The translations under genes were made by a program, and so were the position numbers. DNA of 64,000 nucleotides from Candidatus Eiseniibacteriota bacterium (GTDB lineage: Bacteria; Eisenbacteria; RBG-16-71-46; CAIMUX01; VGJL01): the NCBI GenBank assembly GCA_963792585.1, contig CAWBWI010000001.1:1376001-1440000 (forward strand), written 5' to 3'. The first letter of the stretch is position 1. Each line of letters begins with the position of its first letter. The notes below the pieces were generated by a model. The model was not told the DNA's origin and made no database searches. It was given only the letters and a program-made list of their open reading frames with translations. Below, piece by piece: positions 9,645-20,432 of this stretch.

Positions 9645-10736
9645 TCAGATCGTTGGGGGCCGGAGCGTGTCGGGAGAAGGGAAGCGTCCGACCAGCAGGG
9701 CGAGGATCCCCGCTGCCAGAAGGACCGCACCGATCGCCACGACGGCTGGGGCGAAGCCGGCGAAGAAACCGAAGGCGCAGAGGCTCGCCGCCGCGAGTGC
9801 CGCGGCCAGGATCGCTCCCCTCGGGCCGAGGCGCAGCGTGAGGCGGTGGCCGGTGTGATCGCGCCCCCCCACGAAAGGGCTGCGCCCCGCGCGGAGGCGG
9901 ACGACCGTTACGAGGAGGAAGTCCGACAAAGGGAGTGCTTGCCCCGCGAGTCCCGCGCCGAGTAGATCCGCTGGGACACGGTCGATGATCGCGAGCCCGG
10001 CCAGGATCGACGCGAAGCCGAGCGGCAAGCTCCCCGCGTCTCCCAGGAAGATTCGCGCGGGCGGCTTGTTCCATGAGAGGAAGCCGAGCCCCGCGCCGCA
10101 GAGTCCCCAGAGGAGTCCCGGGACGATCCACCCACCGACGGCGCCTCCGCAGAGCGCGGCCACCATCGCGGAGGACACGACCAGCGTGGCCGAGAAGATC
10201 CCGTCGGCGTGGTCCAGGTAGTTCCAAGCATTGACCATGAGCATCGCCCAGACCCATGCAATCGAGCTCGGGACCAGACCGGCGAGGCGGCCGGAGGGTT
10301 TCCAGATCCAGAGGACCGCGAGCAGGACGAGCCCTTCGACCGCCGCCTTCGGGAGGGGCGGCAGGGAACGGCGGTCATCCCTCAATCCGAGCGCGCCCAT
10401 GCCGAGAATCCCCGCGATCGCTGCGAACAGCAGTCGCCCCTCTGCCGGAGCCGCGTGCGGGGTCCCCGCACCGAGCTTCCAGGCGAGGACCACGGCGGCG
10501 AAGAGCCCCAGGATGCACGCGGGGCCGCCGAGCAGTGGAACCGTCCGTTCGTGGAACCGATCGGCGCGCGGACGGGCGACGAAGCCGAGGGCCTGCGCGA
10601 GCCGGCGCAACGGCAGGACGGCCGCGGCCGTCGTCGCTGCGGAGGCTGCGATCGACAGGAACGGGACGAGGAGATTCAAGCGGCGAGGATCAGACCAAGG
10701 GGAGGTCGAGCGGGAGTCGGGAGGCGATCCAGTCAC
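9645..10736 (-). CDS. Glycosyltransferase family 4 (WecA/MraY-like polyprenyl-phosphate sugar-1-phosphate transferase)
   Basis: Multi-TM protein with PLLGG, GLRDD, NAWNYLDHADG, PARIFLGDAGS, RDHTGHRL. Confidence 0.88.
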   Translation of the reverse strand: MTGSPPDSRSTSPWSDPRRLNLLVPFLSIAASAATTAAAVLPLRRLAQALGFVARPRADRFHERTVPLLGGPACILGLFAAVVLAWKLGAGTPHAAPAEGRLLFAAIAGILGMGALGLRDDRRSLPPLPKAAVEGLVLLAVLWIWKPSGRLAGLVPSSIAWVWAMLMVNAWNYLDHADGIFSATLVVSSAMVAALCGGAVGGWIVPGLLWGLCGAGLGFLSWNKPPARIFLGDAGSLPLGFASILAGLAIIDRVPADLLGAGLAGQALPLSDFLLVTVVRLRAGRSPFVGGRDHTGHRLTLRLGPRGAILAAALAAASLCAFGFFAGFAPAVVAIGAVLLAAGILALLVGRFPSPDTLRPPTI

Positions 10737-11682
10737 GCGTGATCGCCAGCAGGCGATCGAGACCGACCTCCGGGACGTAGCCGATCTCGCGGCGGATCTT
10801 GGTCAGGTCGGGGACCCGTCTCGGGACATCCTCGAAGCCAGGACCATAGGCCTCATCGTAGGGAATCCTGCGCGGAGGAATCGTCGAGCCGGTGACCCGC
10901 CCGATCGCCTCTGCCAGATCAAGGATCGTGACCTCCTCGTCGGTGCCGATGTTGAAGACCTCGCCGCAGGCCGATGGCCGGCGAGAGAGCGCGAGCACTC
11001 CGCTGACAACGTCGCCGACATACGAGAAGCAGCGCGTCTGCAGACCGCTGCCGAAGATCGTCATCGCCTCGCCCGCGATCGCTTGCCGGAGGAGATTCGG
11101 AATCACCATTCCGTAGGAGCCGATCTGTCTAGGCCCGCACGTATTGAAACAGCGCACGACCGTGACCGGGAGCCCGTGGCGCCGGTGTTCGCCGATCGCG
11201 AGATACTCCCCCACGGCCTTTCCCGCCGCATAGCTCCAGCGTGGAACGGCGGTGGGCCCGATCATCGAGGCGGAATCCTCCGCTAGCGGTCCGCCCGTCG
11301 TGCGCCCGTAGACCTCCGAGGAGGAGAAGAAGACGACGGAGGCCGGTGAGGCCCTCCGAGCCGCCTTGAGGATCGTGTCGGCGCCCATGATGTTGTTGCG
11401 TAGCCCCGCAAGAGGATCGGCCAGGACGCGACGCACGCCCACGGTCGCGGCGAGGTGGAAGATCCGATCGCAGCCGCCGGCCGCCGCTTCGGTGGTCGCC
11501 TCGTCGGTCACGGAACCGACGATCAACTCCACGCGTCCCGCCGCGAGGGCTTCGGTCAGATTCTCACGACGGCCCGTGGACAGGTCGTCGAGAACACGGA
11601 CGGTCTCGCCTTCCGCGATGAGCGCGTCGACGAGATGGGAGCCGATGAACCCCGCACCGCCGGTGACCAGTACCTGGCTCAC
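10690..11682 (-). CDS. NAD-dependent epimerase/dehydratase (extended SDR)
   Basis: VLVTGGAGFIGSHL, SSSEVYG, YAAGK, RCFNTCGPRQ. Confidence 0.92.
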   Translation of the reverse strand: MSQVLVTGGAGFIGSHLVDALIAEGETVRVLDDLSTGRRENLTEALAAGRVELIVGSVTDEATTEAAAGGCDRIFHLAATVGVRRVLADPLAGLRNNIMGADTILKAARRASPASVVFFSSSEVYGRTTGGPLAEDSASMIGPTAVPRWSYAAGKAVGEYLAIGEHRRHGLPVTVVRCFNTCGPRQIGSYGMVIPNLLRQAIAGEAMTIFGSGLQTRCFSYVGDVVSGVLALSRRPSACGEVFNIGTDEEVTILDLAEAIGRVTGSTIPPRRIPYDEAYGPGFEDVPRRVPDLTKIRREIGYVPEVGLDRLLAITRDWIASRLPLDLPLV

Positions 11683-11714
11683 GTGATTCTCCTTCCGGCA
11701 GACGAACCACCGGG

Positions 11715-11744
11715 ACGATACGGGCGCTTTTCGAGGTAAGTCAA
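11715..11744 (-). promoter_or_regulatory. Possible sigma70 promoter for the epimerase-GT4 genes
   Basis: Minus strand TTGACT-N18-TATCGT. Confidence 0.35.
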
Positions 11745-12799
11745 CGACGCTCCGCTTCCCCGGAGTGCAGGAAGACGTAGTTGCGCTTGTAGTACTCGAG
11801 AAACTCCCCGCTCTTGAGGGGACGCCACCAGTCGGGGCGGTCGCGATACCAACGGATCGTCTCGTCGAGTCCTTCCTCGAAACTCCTCCGGGGGGCCCAA
11901 CCGGTGCGGGCCTTGAGCTTTTCCCACGCGATCGCGTATCTGCGGTCGTGGCCGGGCCGGTCGACGACGGGGCTCAGGAGATTGGCCGGCTTCCCAAGCC
12001 CCTCCAGGATCCGCCCGCCAATCGTCAAGACGTCGCGTTCATTGTAGGCGCCGACGTTGAAGACTTCCCCCTCGCATCCCTCCGCGCGCAGGATCGAGTC
12101 GAGCGCGAGCACGTGATCCTCGACGTGGATCCAGTCCCGGACGTTGCGACCGGTACCGTAGACCGGCAACGGCAGATCATCGATCGCGTTGGTCACGAAG
12201 AGCGGAATCATCTTCTCGGGATACTGGTAGGGTCCGTAGTTGTTGCTGCAGCGCGTGACCACGACCGGCAGGCCGTAGGTGGCATGGTAGGAGTAGGCGA
12301 GCCGGTCACCCCCGGACTTGCTCGCAGCGTAGGGATTGCGCGGCTTCAGCGGAGCCTCTTCGTCGACCGGGGGGCCGAAGACCTCTCCGTAGACCTCATC
12401 GGTCGAGATCTGGATGAAGAGGGTGACCGGACTGCGCCGCATCGCCTCCAGCAGGACATAGACGCCGAAGACGTCAGTCCGCACGAAGTCGGCGGGATCG
12501 CCGATCGATCGGTCGACGTGGGTCTCGGCCGCGAAGTTGAGGATGAAGTCGAATCCCTGGGCGATCAACGGCCCGACCACGGCCTCGTCGGCGATGTCCC
12601 CATGCACGAAGCGGTATCCGTCCTGCCCGTCGAACTCGGCGAGGTTGGCTGGATTTCCGGCATAGGTCAGCTTGTCGAGGACGGTGACTCGGGCCCCGGG
12701 ACAGCGCGCCCGCAAACTCCGTACGAAGTTCGTCCCGATGAAACCCGCGCCCCCCGTGACGAGGTAGCGGCCGGTTTCGACGAGACGCTCCCTATCCAT
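11741..12799 (-). CDS. rfbB: dTDP-glucose 4,6-dehydratase
   Basis: GGAGFIG, DKLTYAGN, FAAETHVDRSI, ISTDEVYG, CSNNYGPYQYPEK, DRPGHDRRY. Confidence 0.95.
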   Translation of the reverse strand: MDRERLVETGRYLVTGGAGFIGTNFVRSLRARCPGARVTVLDKLTYAGNPANLAEFDGQDGYRFVHGDIADEAVVGPLIAQGFDFILNFAAETHVDRSIGDPADFVRTDVFGVYVLLEAMRRSPVTLFIQISTDEVYGEVFGPPVDEEAPLKPRNPYAASKSGGDRLAYSYHATYGLPVVVTRCSNNYGPYQYPEKMIPLFVTNAIDDLPLPVYGTGRNVRDWIHVEDHVLALDSILRAEGCEGEVFNVGAYNERDVLTIGGRILEGLGKPANLLSPVVDRPGHDRRYAIAWEKLKARTGWAPRRSFEEGLDETIRWYRDRPDWWRPLKSGEFLEYYKRNYVFLHSGEAERR

Positions 12800-13248
12800 C
12801 CTTCCGCTCCCAGTCGTAGGGAACGTCGTTGTCGTGCGGATGGACGCGGTACTCGTCGGGGTGCTCGTAGTTGTACAGCTCGCTCGGCGTGTTGAGGAGG
12901 AAAGCGGGCTCGGTCCCGACCCCCTTCATCCCGTGCAGCACGCCGCAAGGAATTCTGAGGACGATCGGGTTTCTCTCTCCCATGAAGAACTCGTTGACCT
13001 CCCCGTGGGACTTGGAGCCTTCGCGGCCGTCGTAGAGGACGACCTTCGCCATGCCCTTGACCACGCAGAAGTGGTCGACCTGCACCTTGTGGTAGTGCCA
13101 CCCCTTGACGACGCCCGGATAGACGACCGTCAGGTAGCTCTGTCCGAACTTCTCGAAGAATGGATCGTCCGCGCGGATGATCTCCATCAGGAAGCCGCGC
13201 TCGTCGGAGATCACCTTGAGCGGCTTGATCGACGACCCCGTCGATCAT
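12792..13248 (-). CDS. rfbC: dTDP-4-dehydrorhamnose 3,5-epimerase family (cupin), frameshift near the 5' end
   Basis: MIDGVV at 13248 continues in another frame as KPLKVISDERGFLME...KGWHYH...HG. Confidence 0.85.
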
Positions 13249-14599
13249 TTGCGTCCCTTCCCCTTGGGGGTCCGGTGGCAGGCCTCGGCCGACGCCGACA
13301 TAGCGGAATCCAAGGGCTGCCATCTTTGCCGGATCGTAGATGTTCCGGCAGTCGACGAGGACGGGCTTCTTCATGATCCGCTTGAGCTTCGCCAGGTCGA
13401 GCATCCGGAACTCGTTCCACTCGGTCGCGATGACGAGGACCTCGGCTCCTCGCGCGACATCGTAGGCGTTCTCGCAGAAGGTCACCGCTCTTGACATCTC
13501 GCGCGCCGCGACCTTCATCGCGATCGGGTCGAAGGCGCGAGATCGTCGCGCCCCTCCGTCGAAGCGCGCGGATCAGATCGATCGCGACCGACTCGCGGAC
13601 GTCGTCGGTCTGCGGCTTGAAGGCGAGCCCGAGCACGCCGATCTCGCTTGCCGCGCACGTTGCCGCCCGCCGAGGCGACGATCTTCTCGAGCATCCGCTC
13701 GCGCTGCCCGTGGTTCACCTCGATCGTCGCCTCGACGATCTCGCATGGACTGCCCGCCTCGCGGCGAGAGCGCGGCAAGGGCGAGCGTGTCCTTCGGGAA
13801 GCAGGAGCCGCCGTATCCGGGGCCGGCGTGGAGGAACTTCGGGTCCGATCCGCTTGTCGAGACCCATGCCCCGCGCGACGACCTTCACGTCCGCCGCCGA
13901 CCACCTCGCAGAGATTCGCGATCTCGTTGATGAAGGAGATCTTCGTCGCGAGGAAGGCGTTCGACGCGTACTTGATCAGCTCGGCGGTCTGCACGTTCGT
14001 CCGGACCATCGGGGTCTCGTTGAGGTACAGGGGCCGGTAGATCTCCGGCCAGGATCGCCTCGGCCTTCTGCGCCCAGGTGCCGATGACGACGCGATCCGG
14101 GACGCATGAAGTCCTCGACGGCCGACCCCTCGCGAAGGAACTCCGGGTTGGACGCGACGTCGAACGGCGGTCTTCCGGGGCCGGTTGGACTCGATGATCT
14201 TCCAGACCTGCTCGCCGGTCCCGACCGGCACCGTGCTCTTCTGCACGATCAGCTTGTAGCCGTTCAGGTTCTTGGCGATCGTCCTGGCGGCGCGACCAGA
14301 CCTGCGATAGATCGGCCTCGCCCGTCTCGGACTGGGGCGTCCCCACCGCGATGAAGACGACGCGATTGTCACGGATCGCCTTGGGTAGGTCGCTGGTGAA
14401 GCTTGAGCCTCCCCTCGCGGACGTTCCGGCCGACGACTTCCTCGAGCGCGAACTCGTAGAAGGGCATCACCCCCGCGCGCAGCAGCTCGATCTTCTTCTC
14501 GTCGAGGTCGACGCAGGTGACGCTGTTGCCGAAGTCGGCCAGGCAGACGCCCGTGACGAGCCCCACATAGCCGGTGCCGATCATGCAGATCTTTTGCAT
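13245..14599 (-). CDS. ugd: UDP-glucose 6-dehydrogenase, several frameshifts
   Basis: Fragments across frames: [68 protein letters not shown]. Confidence 0.9.
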
Positions 14600-14639
14600 C
14601 GTCTCCCTCCCTCACCCCCGTGAAAAGGCGTCGTTTTCG

Positions 14640-14668
14640 AGCCTATCGTGCCGCCCAGGACAGGTCAA
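14640..14668 (-). promoter_or_regulatory. Putative sigma70 promoter for ugd-rfbC-rfbB
   Basis: Minus strand TTGACC-N17-TAGGCT, followed by a GGAGG-type RBS before the ugd ATG. Confidence 0.55.
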
Positions 14669-15369
14669 ACCCTCAGGGCCATCGACTCGGCGATTCCCGC
14701 GCGCGGCCGCTGCGGATCGATCGAGCGCGCGTGATCGCGCCGGCCCACGACGATCCAGTGCGCGCCCGCCTCCACCGCTCCGGCCGGGGTCGCGACGTGG
14801 ATCTGATCGTGCACCTGCGCTCCCGGGGGACGGATGCCCGGACAGACGCGCGCAAGGCGGTCTCCGTAGAGCTCGCGCAGGCTCGCCGCGGCGGGGGCCG
14901 GACAGACGACGCCGAAGATCCCGGCGGCGAAGGCCTCCGCTGCCAGTCGTCGGACATCGCGAATCCGGCGTCGCCACGTTCATCGCTCGTGAGCCTCGTG
15001 ACGGCCAGGAGACCGACGTCCGGGTCGGCCCGCGATCGACCTCCTGCGCCGCCTCCTCATCACCTTCGGCCCCGCGGAGGCATGCAGGTCGATCAGACCG
15101 ACCGGCAGCCTCGCGGTCGCGCGCACCGCACGCGCCACGGTATTCGGGATGTCGTGGAACTTGAGATCCAGAAAGATCCGCTTGCCGAGCGCGGCAAGAT
15201 CCACGATGACGCCCGGACCCGCGGAGCAGAACAGCTCGAGCCCGACCTTCACCCACAGGACATCGTCGCCGACGTTCGCGGCGAAATCGACGGCCTCGCG
15301 CGGAGTCGAGCAAGTCGAGGGCCACGATCAGACGCTCGCGCGCGGTCGAGGGAAGAGCCGGACGCTCAT
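14665..15369 (-). CDS. pyrF: Orotidine-5'-phosphate decarboxylase, several frameshifts
   Basis: [33 protein letters not shown] and [10 protein letters not shown] in different frames. Last gene of the pyr operon. 3' end approximate. Confidence 0.88.
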
Positions 15370-16299
15370 CCTCCTCCGGCAATCCCATCCTTCAGGGTAC
15401 CGATCCACTCTTCAACCGACCCGATGCCGCACTCCTCGAGGGATTGCTCGAGTCCTCGACGGCGATGCGCCCCTGGTCGGGCCTCAGGAAACTGGGATGT
15501 GCCGATCTGCACCGCGCGAGCCCCGACGAGGAGGAACTCCAGCGACGTCGCGACCGGTGACGATCCCGCCCACGCCGACGACGGGGATCTTCACGCTGCG
15601 CACCACCTCGCGCACGCGCGCGAGCGCGAGCGGCCGGATCGCCGGGCCCGAGAGTCCGCCCGTCACGCCCGGGAGGACGGCACGACGGTGATCGAGGTCG
15701 ATCGCCATTCCGACGAATGTATTGATCGCCGTCAGGGCGTCGGCTCCGGCCTCCTCGCACGCGCGCGCGAGGGTTCCGATCGAGGTCACGTTCGGCGAGA
15801 GCTTCGCCCAGAGCGGACGCCTCGAGCGCCTCCGCGCAGCAGCGATCACCCGGCCGCGGCGGCCGCCGGAACCTGCGCAGAACTCGATCCCGCCCTCCTT
15901 GACGTTCGGGCAGGAGATGTTCAACTCGTACGCCGCGATTCCGGATGCGTCGTCGAGGCGCGCGATCACGCGATCGAAATCCTCGTCGCTCCGGCCGCCG
16001 ATCGAGACAACGATCGGTCTCCCGAGCGCCACAATGAGGGGGAGTTTCTCGGCGACGAATCGCTCGACCCCCACGTTCTGCAGACCGATCGAGTTGAGCA
16101 TGCCCCCGGGCGTCTCGACGATCCGCGGCGGAGGATTCCCGGCGCGCGGCTCGAGGGTGATCGTCTTCGTGACGATGCCGCCGAGACCGGCGGCAGCCTC
16201 CGTCTGCTCGATCCCATAGCCGAAGGTGCCCGATGCGCAAAGAACCGGATTCGGGAACTCGATCGTGCCGACGCTCGTGCGCAGATCGGGCCGGCTCAT
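15366..16299 (-). CDS. pyrD: Dihydroorotate dehydrogenase B catalytic subunit, frameshifted near the 3' end
   Basis: NPVLCASGTFGYG, GMLNSIGLQN, ELNISCPNV, KLSPNVT, INT, GGLSGPAIRP, GVGGI. Confidence 0.92.
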
Positions 16300-17115
16300 T
16301 CGCGCACCCCCTCCCAGTCGACACGGGATCCGTCGAATACGGGACCGTCGCTGCAGACGAACGCATAGCGGCCGAACGGGTCGTCCGTCACCCGCCTTCA
16401 TGGGGATCGCGCAACCGGCACAGAGTCCCGTTCCACAGCCGAAGACCGTCTCGACGCTCACCTGGGACGGAAGTCCGATCGACCCGCAGCGCGCGCTGAG
16501 TGCAGCGAGCATCGGCGTCGGACCGCAGCTGTAGACGACACTCGCGTCAGGTCTGATCACGCCCCGGCGGATCAGATCGTCGAACAGGTCGATCACGGTG
16601 CCGCGCGAACCGACGGAGCCGTCGAGGGTGACCCGGTGGACGGGGTAAGGGCTCTCCTCCGTCGGAAAGATCGCGGCTTCGTCACGGGCGCCGTACAGGA
16701 AGAGACCGGTCGGCCGTGCGCCGACAAGTTCCTCGGCGAGCAGCAGCAGCGGGGCGACTCCGCGCCCTCCGGCCACGAGGATCGGCGTCCGCCCCTGCAC
16801 GGGAAGAAACGGCCGGCCGAGCGGGCCGATGATCTCCACGCACTCGCCCTCGCGCCGAGCATCGAGCCAGGCGCTTCCCTCGCCCACGACCGAGAAGAGG
16901 ATCCCCAGCTCTCCCCCTTCCGACGTGACCTGCCACCGGCAGATGCTGAACGGCCGACGCAGACGGAAAGCGCCCGAGGGCTGGCATGCAATCTGTACGA
17001 ACTGGCCCGCGCGCGGCGGCGGGAATCCCGGTGGAACCCTCAGGTGAATCAGCGTGCCTGCCCGGCCGATGCGTCGAACACGGAGAACCCTCGACGTCGT
17101 CGATCCGGCGATCAC
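16296..17115 (-). CDS. pyrK: Dihydroorotate dehydrogenase electron-transfer subunit
   Basis: GQFV, LRRPFSI, GPLG, CGPTPML, CGTGLCAGC. The expected C-terminus (FVCSDGPVFD..VDW.. then TGA at 16296) lies in a shifted frame after about 16385. Confidence 0.9.
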
Positions 17116-19121
17116 GGGGTCCTCCCCTCCGGCATCGGATCGGGATTCGCCGGCGCGGCGGAGTCCGCGGGCGCGGACGAATCCCCAGGCGCGACCGAAT
17201 CCCCGGGCGCGACCGAATCCCCGGGCGCGGCCGAATCCCCGGGCGCAACCGAGTCCCCAGGCGCACCCAAGTCCCCAGGCGACGCGGGAGGTCCGTCGAG
17301 TCCACTCGTGTCGCCGGGCGCCGGGGTTCGCAGGTCGATATCCCGTATCTCCCGCGGCGGCGCGCTTCCCCTTCTGGGCAGCGTGATCGGTCTCGTCCCA
17401 AGGGAGTCCACGCGGACGCCGCTCGTGTCGGGGAACGCGATGGTCGTGTCTGCGGGGGCGCCGGCGGTCGCGGATGTGTCGGGACGCACAAGGAGCGAAT
17501 CAGGGGGCGCCGGGATCGTGTCGGCGACAACCGCACGCAGGAGCAAATGCAGTCCCGAAGTATCGGCCCCCTGAACCGCGAGCAGCCGGATCGCGCTTCG
17601 CGCGACCGTCGTCGCGGGGTAGCGCGCGACCAAGCTCCGGAATTCCTGCTGGGCGCCGAGGCTGTCGGCCTGCTTCTTCCACTGAACATATGCACGCGCA
17701 TAGGCCGCGCGGGGCGCGGCGCGGCTGTCGGGGAACTCTTCTTCCACCTTCCGGTACTGCGCGAGCGCCTCGTCGACGCGATCTCGATCGAGCAGGAGGA
17801 TCTCCGCGATCCTCAACGCCGCGGCGGCACGCGCCTCCGTCGCCGCATCCCCCGCCTGGGCCTGCGCCTCGAGCTGGATCTGGGACTTCAGGGCATCGGC
17901 GCGCTGGAGGGCCTGTTCCTTGAAAACGGAACGACCGGGCAGGGATCCGACCCGCTCGTACGCGATCCGCGCCGCCTCGAGGGAATCGAGGAGCGTCTCG
18001 TAGGTGTAGCCGATCTGAAATTGCGCCTCGACGGCGTAGTTACTCGATTGGTAGCGGGTCGTGACGTCCTTGAGAACCGAGATGGCCTGATCCGTCTTCC
18101 CGGTCTGGTTCAGCGCGGCCGCCTCCTGGAGGCGGAGTCGGGCAAGGTCGTCCGCGTTCGCCGGAGGCGTCGGGACGACCAGCGTCCGGGTCTGGATGTT
18201 CGTCTGCTGGGCCGTCCCCCCGGGATTCTGTTCCTCGTTGCGATCCGCGGGGTTCGCGTTCGGCGATTTGTCATCGACGGGGTTCACGTTGGTGTACGTG
18301 CCCGCGGGGTTCGTCGTCTCCGTCGCGAGCGGGACCGTCGCCTCCTTCGGGATCAGCCCTCGCACGAGAGACAACGCTTCCTCTCCGCGGCCGAGCCTCG
18401 TCAACGACTGCGCCTGCAGGACCGCGACGTCCACCCGTTTGCGTTCATCCCGCACCAACGGCAGGAGACGCCCGAAGGCGACGGACGCAGAGTCGAACTT
18501 CCCTTCGTCGAGGTAGATCTCGCCCGACCGCTGCAGCGCGTCCTGGACCCGACCGCTCTTCGGATAGGTCCGCACGAGCCGCATGTACTCCGAGATCGCG
18601 CCCGGACGGTCGTGACGGTCGGCGGCGACATTGCCCAGGGCGAAGACCACCTCGTCGCGCTTCTTGTATTTCGGGAACTCCGCAAGAACGCGATCCAGAT
18701 ATGCGGCAGCCTCGTCGTAGTTGCGGCGCCGCCACTCGATCAACCCGCTCAGGTGGATTCCGTCGGGCACCAGGTCGCTCTTGGGAAAGAGACGCTCGAG
18801 ATCGGCAACGCGGATCATCGCGCTGTCGTAGTCCCCTTTGCCGTAGTAGGAGGAGGACATCACGAACACCGCATCGTCGGCCCACCGGCTGTTCGGGTGA
18901 CGCTCGAGCACCTTGCGGCTCTGTGCGATCGCGATTTCGTAGCCGCGCACCGCGTCGGACGGGACCTTGTCCGTGGTGTTCTTGGCGACCGAGTTCTCCG
19001 CCATGCGGAAGTTCTTTCGCGCAAGGTAGAACGTGTTGAAGTAGGCACACCCCGTCGCGGCCACCAGCAGGAGCGGCACGCACGCCCGCCCGACCCAGCG
19101 CCGTCCCCGGGAAGTCATCAT
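17112..19121 (-). CDS. TPR-repeat lipoprotein (BamD/SprE-PorW-like N-terminus) with a Pro/Asp/Ser-rich repeat tail
   Basis: Lipobox LLVAATG-C followed by AYFNTFY, many TPR-like helical pairs (RHPNSRWADDA, TYPKS, EFPDS). ATG overlaps the pyrC stop. Confidence 0.8.
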   Translation of the reverse strand: MMTSRGRRWVGRACVPLLLVAATGCAYFNTFYLARKNFRMAENSVAKNTTDKVPSDAVRGYEIAIAQSRKVLERHPNSRWADDAVFVMSSSYYGKGDYDSAMIRVADLERLFPKSDLVPDGIHLSGLIEWRRRNYDEAAAYLDRVLAEFPKYKKRDEVVFALGNVAADRHDRPGAISEYMRLVRTYPKSGRVQDALQRSGEIYLDEGKFDSASVAFGRLLPLVRDERKRVDVAVLQAQSLTRLGRGEEALSLVRGLIPKEATVPLATETTNPAGTYTNVNPVDDKSPNANPADRNEEQNPGGTAQQTNIQTRTLVVPTPPANADDLARLRLQEAAALNQTGKTDQAISVLKDVTTRYQSSNYAVEAQFQIGYTYETLLDSLEAARIAYERVGSLPGRSVFKEQALQRADALKSQIQLEAQAQAGDAATEARAAAALRIAEILLLDRDRVDEALAQYRKVEEEFPDSRAAPRAAYARAYVQWKKQADSLGAQQEFRSLVARYPATTVARSAIRLLAVQGADTSGLHLLLRAVVADTIPAPPDSLLVRPDTSATAGAPADTTIAFPDTSGVRVDSLGTRPITLPRRGSAPPREIRDIDLRTPAPGDTSGLDGPPASPGDLGAPGDSVAPGDSAAPGDSVAPGDSVAPGDSSAPADSAAPANPDPMPEGRTP
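17152..17277. repeat. Seven-copy 18-bp tandem repeat, mostly encoding APGDS[V/A/S] units
   Basis: Consensus ggcgcgaccgaatccccg repeated head-to-tail without spacers inside the TPR lipoprotein 3' end. Confidence 0.92.
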
Positions 19122-20432
19122 CCGAAGAGTCCCGCCTCCGCATGGGTGACCCGACCCTCGGCGATCGTCATCAGGACCTTGCCCGGCAATGTTTCTCCCT
19201 CGAAGGGGCAGTTGCGGGACAGCGAGGAGAAGGCCTCCGCGCGCACGGTCCAGGTGGCCTCCGGATCGATCAGGGTCAGATCCGCCGGCCGTCCCTTCTC
19301 GATCCGCCCGCCACCCCAACCGACGATCGAGGCCGTCCGGCTCGACATTGCGTGGACGAGCGCGGGCCAGTCGAGGACCTGCGTCGACACGAGTTCGCGG
19401 ATACAGACCGAAAGCGAGGTCTCGAGGCCGATCACTCCGAACGAAGCCTGATCGAGTTCGCACTCCTTCCGCTCGAAGGGATGGGGCGCGTGGTCGGTGG
19501 CGATCACATCGATCGTCCCATCCCGCAACCCCTCCTTCAGCGCCTGGCGGTCATCCTCGCGGCGGAGCGGCGGGTTCATCTTGAAGCGCGCGTCGTAGGT
19601 GCGAAGCGATTCGTCCGTGAGGGCCAGGTAGTGGGGCGCGGTCTCCGCGCTCACCGGAATCCCCTCGGCCTTCGCGCGACGGACAAGGTCGACTCCTCCC
19701 GACGTGCTGACGTGGGCGATGTGCAGGCGCGTTCCCGTAAGACGGCAGAGGGCGATGTCGCGCGCGATCGCCGTCGTCTCGGCCTCCGCGGGAATCCCAC
19801 GAAGACCGAGGACCGTGGAAACAGTACCCCTCGTGCATCACGCCGGATCCCCGGAGCGCGCGGTCCTCGCTGTGGGAGATCAGGAGCATCCCGGCGGACT
19901 GCGCATACTCGAGCGCGCGGCGCATGACCGGGGCCGAATCCACCGGATGGCCGTCATCGGTCACGGCCATCGCGCCGGCCTCACGAAGCTCGCACATCTC
20001 GGTGATCTCGCGCCCCTCGAGCCCCTTCGTGATCGCCGCGGCGGGGATCACGACCGTCCCGCAGGCTTCGCGCGCCCTTTGCAGGATGAGGTCCACCACG
20101 CTGCGATTGTCGACAACCGGCTTGGTGTTGGGCATCGTAAGGACGTGGGTGAAGCCTCCGCGCGCCGCCGCCATGGCGCCGGTCGCGATCGTCTCGGCAT
20201 CCTCGTCGCCGGGCTCGCGGAAGTGGACATGCATGTCCTGGAGTCCGGGCGTCAGGATCCAGCCTTCCGCAGGGCGGACAAGGGCATCCACACCGGCCGG
20301 AAGCTTCGGTTCCATCGCCTCGATCTTCCCGGACCGGATCCACACGTCCCGTCGCTCGTCGATTCCGTTCTCCGGATCGACCACTCTCACCCCTAGCAGG
20401 ACGAAGCTCTGCGATGGCTTCGCGATCGTCAT
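19118..20432 (-). CDS. pyrC: Dihydroorotase, one frameshift at about 19820
   Basis: DMHVHFREPG, MPNTKP, TDDG, SHSED, then ETAPHYL, KMNPPLR, ATDHAPH. Confidence 0.93.

Noticed and set aside
15484..17115. Apparent PyrK-PyrD fusion ORF (543 aa)
   Set aside because: The true PyrK C-terminus (CSDGPVFD...TGA overlapping the pyrD ATG) lies in a shifted frame, so a single indel creates the fusion.
17152..17277. Short direct repeats as a possible CRISPR array
   Set aside because: The 18-bp units abut with no spacers, stay in frame inside a CDS, and no cas genes are nearby.
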